A stretch of 63,766 nt of DNA, counting the filler, from Octopus bimaculoides (lineage: Eukaryota): NCBI RefSeq assembly GCF_001194135.2. It is 4 parts of 3 records of this genome, joined end to end, with 100 filler letters (N's around TTAATTAATTAA, not from the genome) between each part and the next. Parts side by side here need not be neighbours in the genome. Positions count along the whole stretch, not along the records: positions 62,188 to 63,766 come from NW_026304701.1; 3 more parts are not named here. One strand, given 5' to 3'. The translations under genes and the position numbers were made by a program. The notes under the pieces were generated by a model. The model was not told where the DNA came from. It did not search any database and worked only from the letters and a program-made list of their open reading frames with translations. Below are positions 62,144-63,766 of this stretch, in pieces; position 1 is the first letter of the stretch; each line of letters opens with the position of its first letter.

Positions 62144-62711
62144 NNNNNNNNNNNNNNNNNNNNNNNNNNNNNNNNNNNNNNNNNNNNCCCAGGTTTTAGA
62201 TTTGTTTTGCCTTCCTTTTCATTCATATGTTTGTCTACAAGCAGTAGTGGAGCCAATCCTAGAAAATAAGTACATTTGTTCCGTTAATTAAGTCATTGAA
62301 TAGTAATATCTGTAAAAGAGGCTTTACTCAGTCTTCAACCCAAGAGTGTGGATTGCAACAGTTTAAAGAAACATTATACAAATATTTAATAATGATTTAT
62401 GTTTCGATGTTGTTCTGTCTTTGATGATTTTTTCTGATGCTACGACAATTGGTTTATTGCTTTTGCCAAAAACATGTAATGCCAATAACAGATATCTCAA
62501 CACGACATCATCTTTGCTCCCCGCCACTTCGCAAGACTAAGAAACACTCCTTCATTTCTCTCTCGGTGTCTTTCTCTCTCTCTAGCTTTCTCTGTTTCTC
62601 TCTCCTTCTCTCTTTGGATATATATATNNNNNNNNNNATATATATATATATATATATATGAATGTCTTACCTCTTTCTGTGTATGCGCAATTATCAATTT
62701 CACACACCTCA

Positions 62712-62761
<50 letters not shown>

Positions 62762-63093
62762 TCTCTCTCTCTCACTATGATATAGAGGAAAACAGCATTT
62801 TTCTAAATACATATCTAACTTCACAGACATTCTATCGCCTGCCGCCCTCACCCCGTCTTCTTTCTCATATGAAGTCATGTGACGGAACATGGCTGCGACT
62901 CATGAGACAATCCCTAAATGCTTTGAATACCGGAGTGTTTGCATTGATGCTCACGTATAACACACACGCTCATATATGCATACACAAACATACATATTTA
63001 CACACAGTCACATATAGACATACTCTTGTATGTGTGACATATGTATATATATATATATATAATTTATATATACACACATATATATACATATAC

Positions 63094-63125
<32 letters not shown>

Positions 63126-63254
63126 ATACATATATACATATATATATAATTATAGTTACTCTACAAATGTATTGGGTTTTCTGTTTTACATGGTAGTTAT
63201 ACATAGTTCACCACACATACTAATATATATATAGGCATATACATATACAAACAT

Positions 63255-63366
<112 letters not shown>

Positions 63367-63766
63367 ATATATTTTGTATATGTTATTGCCCGCATGCTTA
63401 CTATACGTATAAAAATAGAGAGATAAATCAAGTGCTTGTTTACGGCATATTTAGCAGCTGTGTATAACATAACGAGTAATCCAACAAGCAGGGCCAAAAC
63501 ATCCACGTCAACAGCAATGGTAAATGGTTAAGCTGCTAATATCGACCCCATCTCTTACCTAACGTTTCGGCTATATTTGAAAATATCGACAATCAGAATG
63601 ACCGTTTCACAAACGCGAATTCTTGGTGTTTGTTTTTGTGTGGGTATTGATTTATTCCTACTGTACAAGGGCTCAATATATATTACTCCCTACCCACAGA
63701 CCCCTACCTCTACCCGACCCTCAGCCTAACCCACACTCCACCCATGCCTTCCCCACCTCCCAACAC

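Overview
63.8 kb of AT-rich, gappy eukaryotic non-coding DNA dominated by microsatellites and decayed transposons. The repeat landscape suggests a coleoid cephalopod, probably Octopus (inference, no database search). No intact host gene can be supported, and most ORFs in the supplied track are microsatellite or N-run artefacts. Supported content: a GC-rich, dead hAT transposase (3065-4423, -); RTE-clade LINE fragments, one family carrying a PHD-type C4HC3 finger inside the RT C-terminal region; two DD37D/maT-type and two mariner remnants; two Helentron-type non-autonomous elements; many tRNA-derived SINEs; several long foldback inverted repeats; three artificial six-frame-stop assembly linkers. 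The main unannotated signal is a set of type I hammerhead ribozyme motifs. A hotspot at 10227-11504 holds five. Four of them belong to one family with an unusually long (about 60-70 nt) stem II domain, a palindromic stem III and covarying stem I, arranged in tandem and in inverted orientation. A near-canonical hammerhead at 58809-58867 lies between a TATA-like box and an AATAAA. All folds were worked out by hand and need computational and biochemical confirmation.
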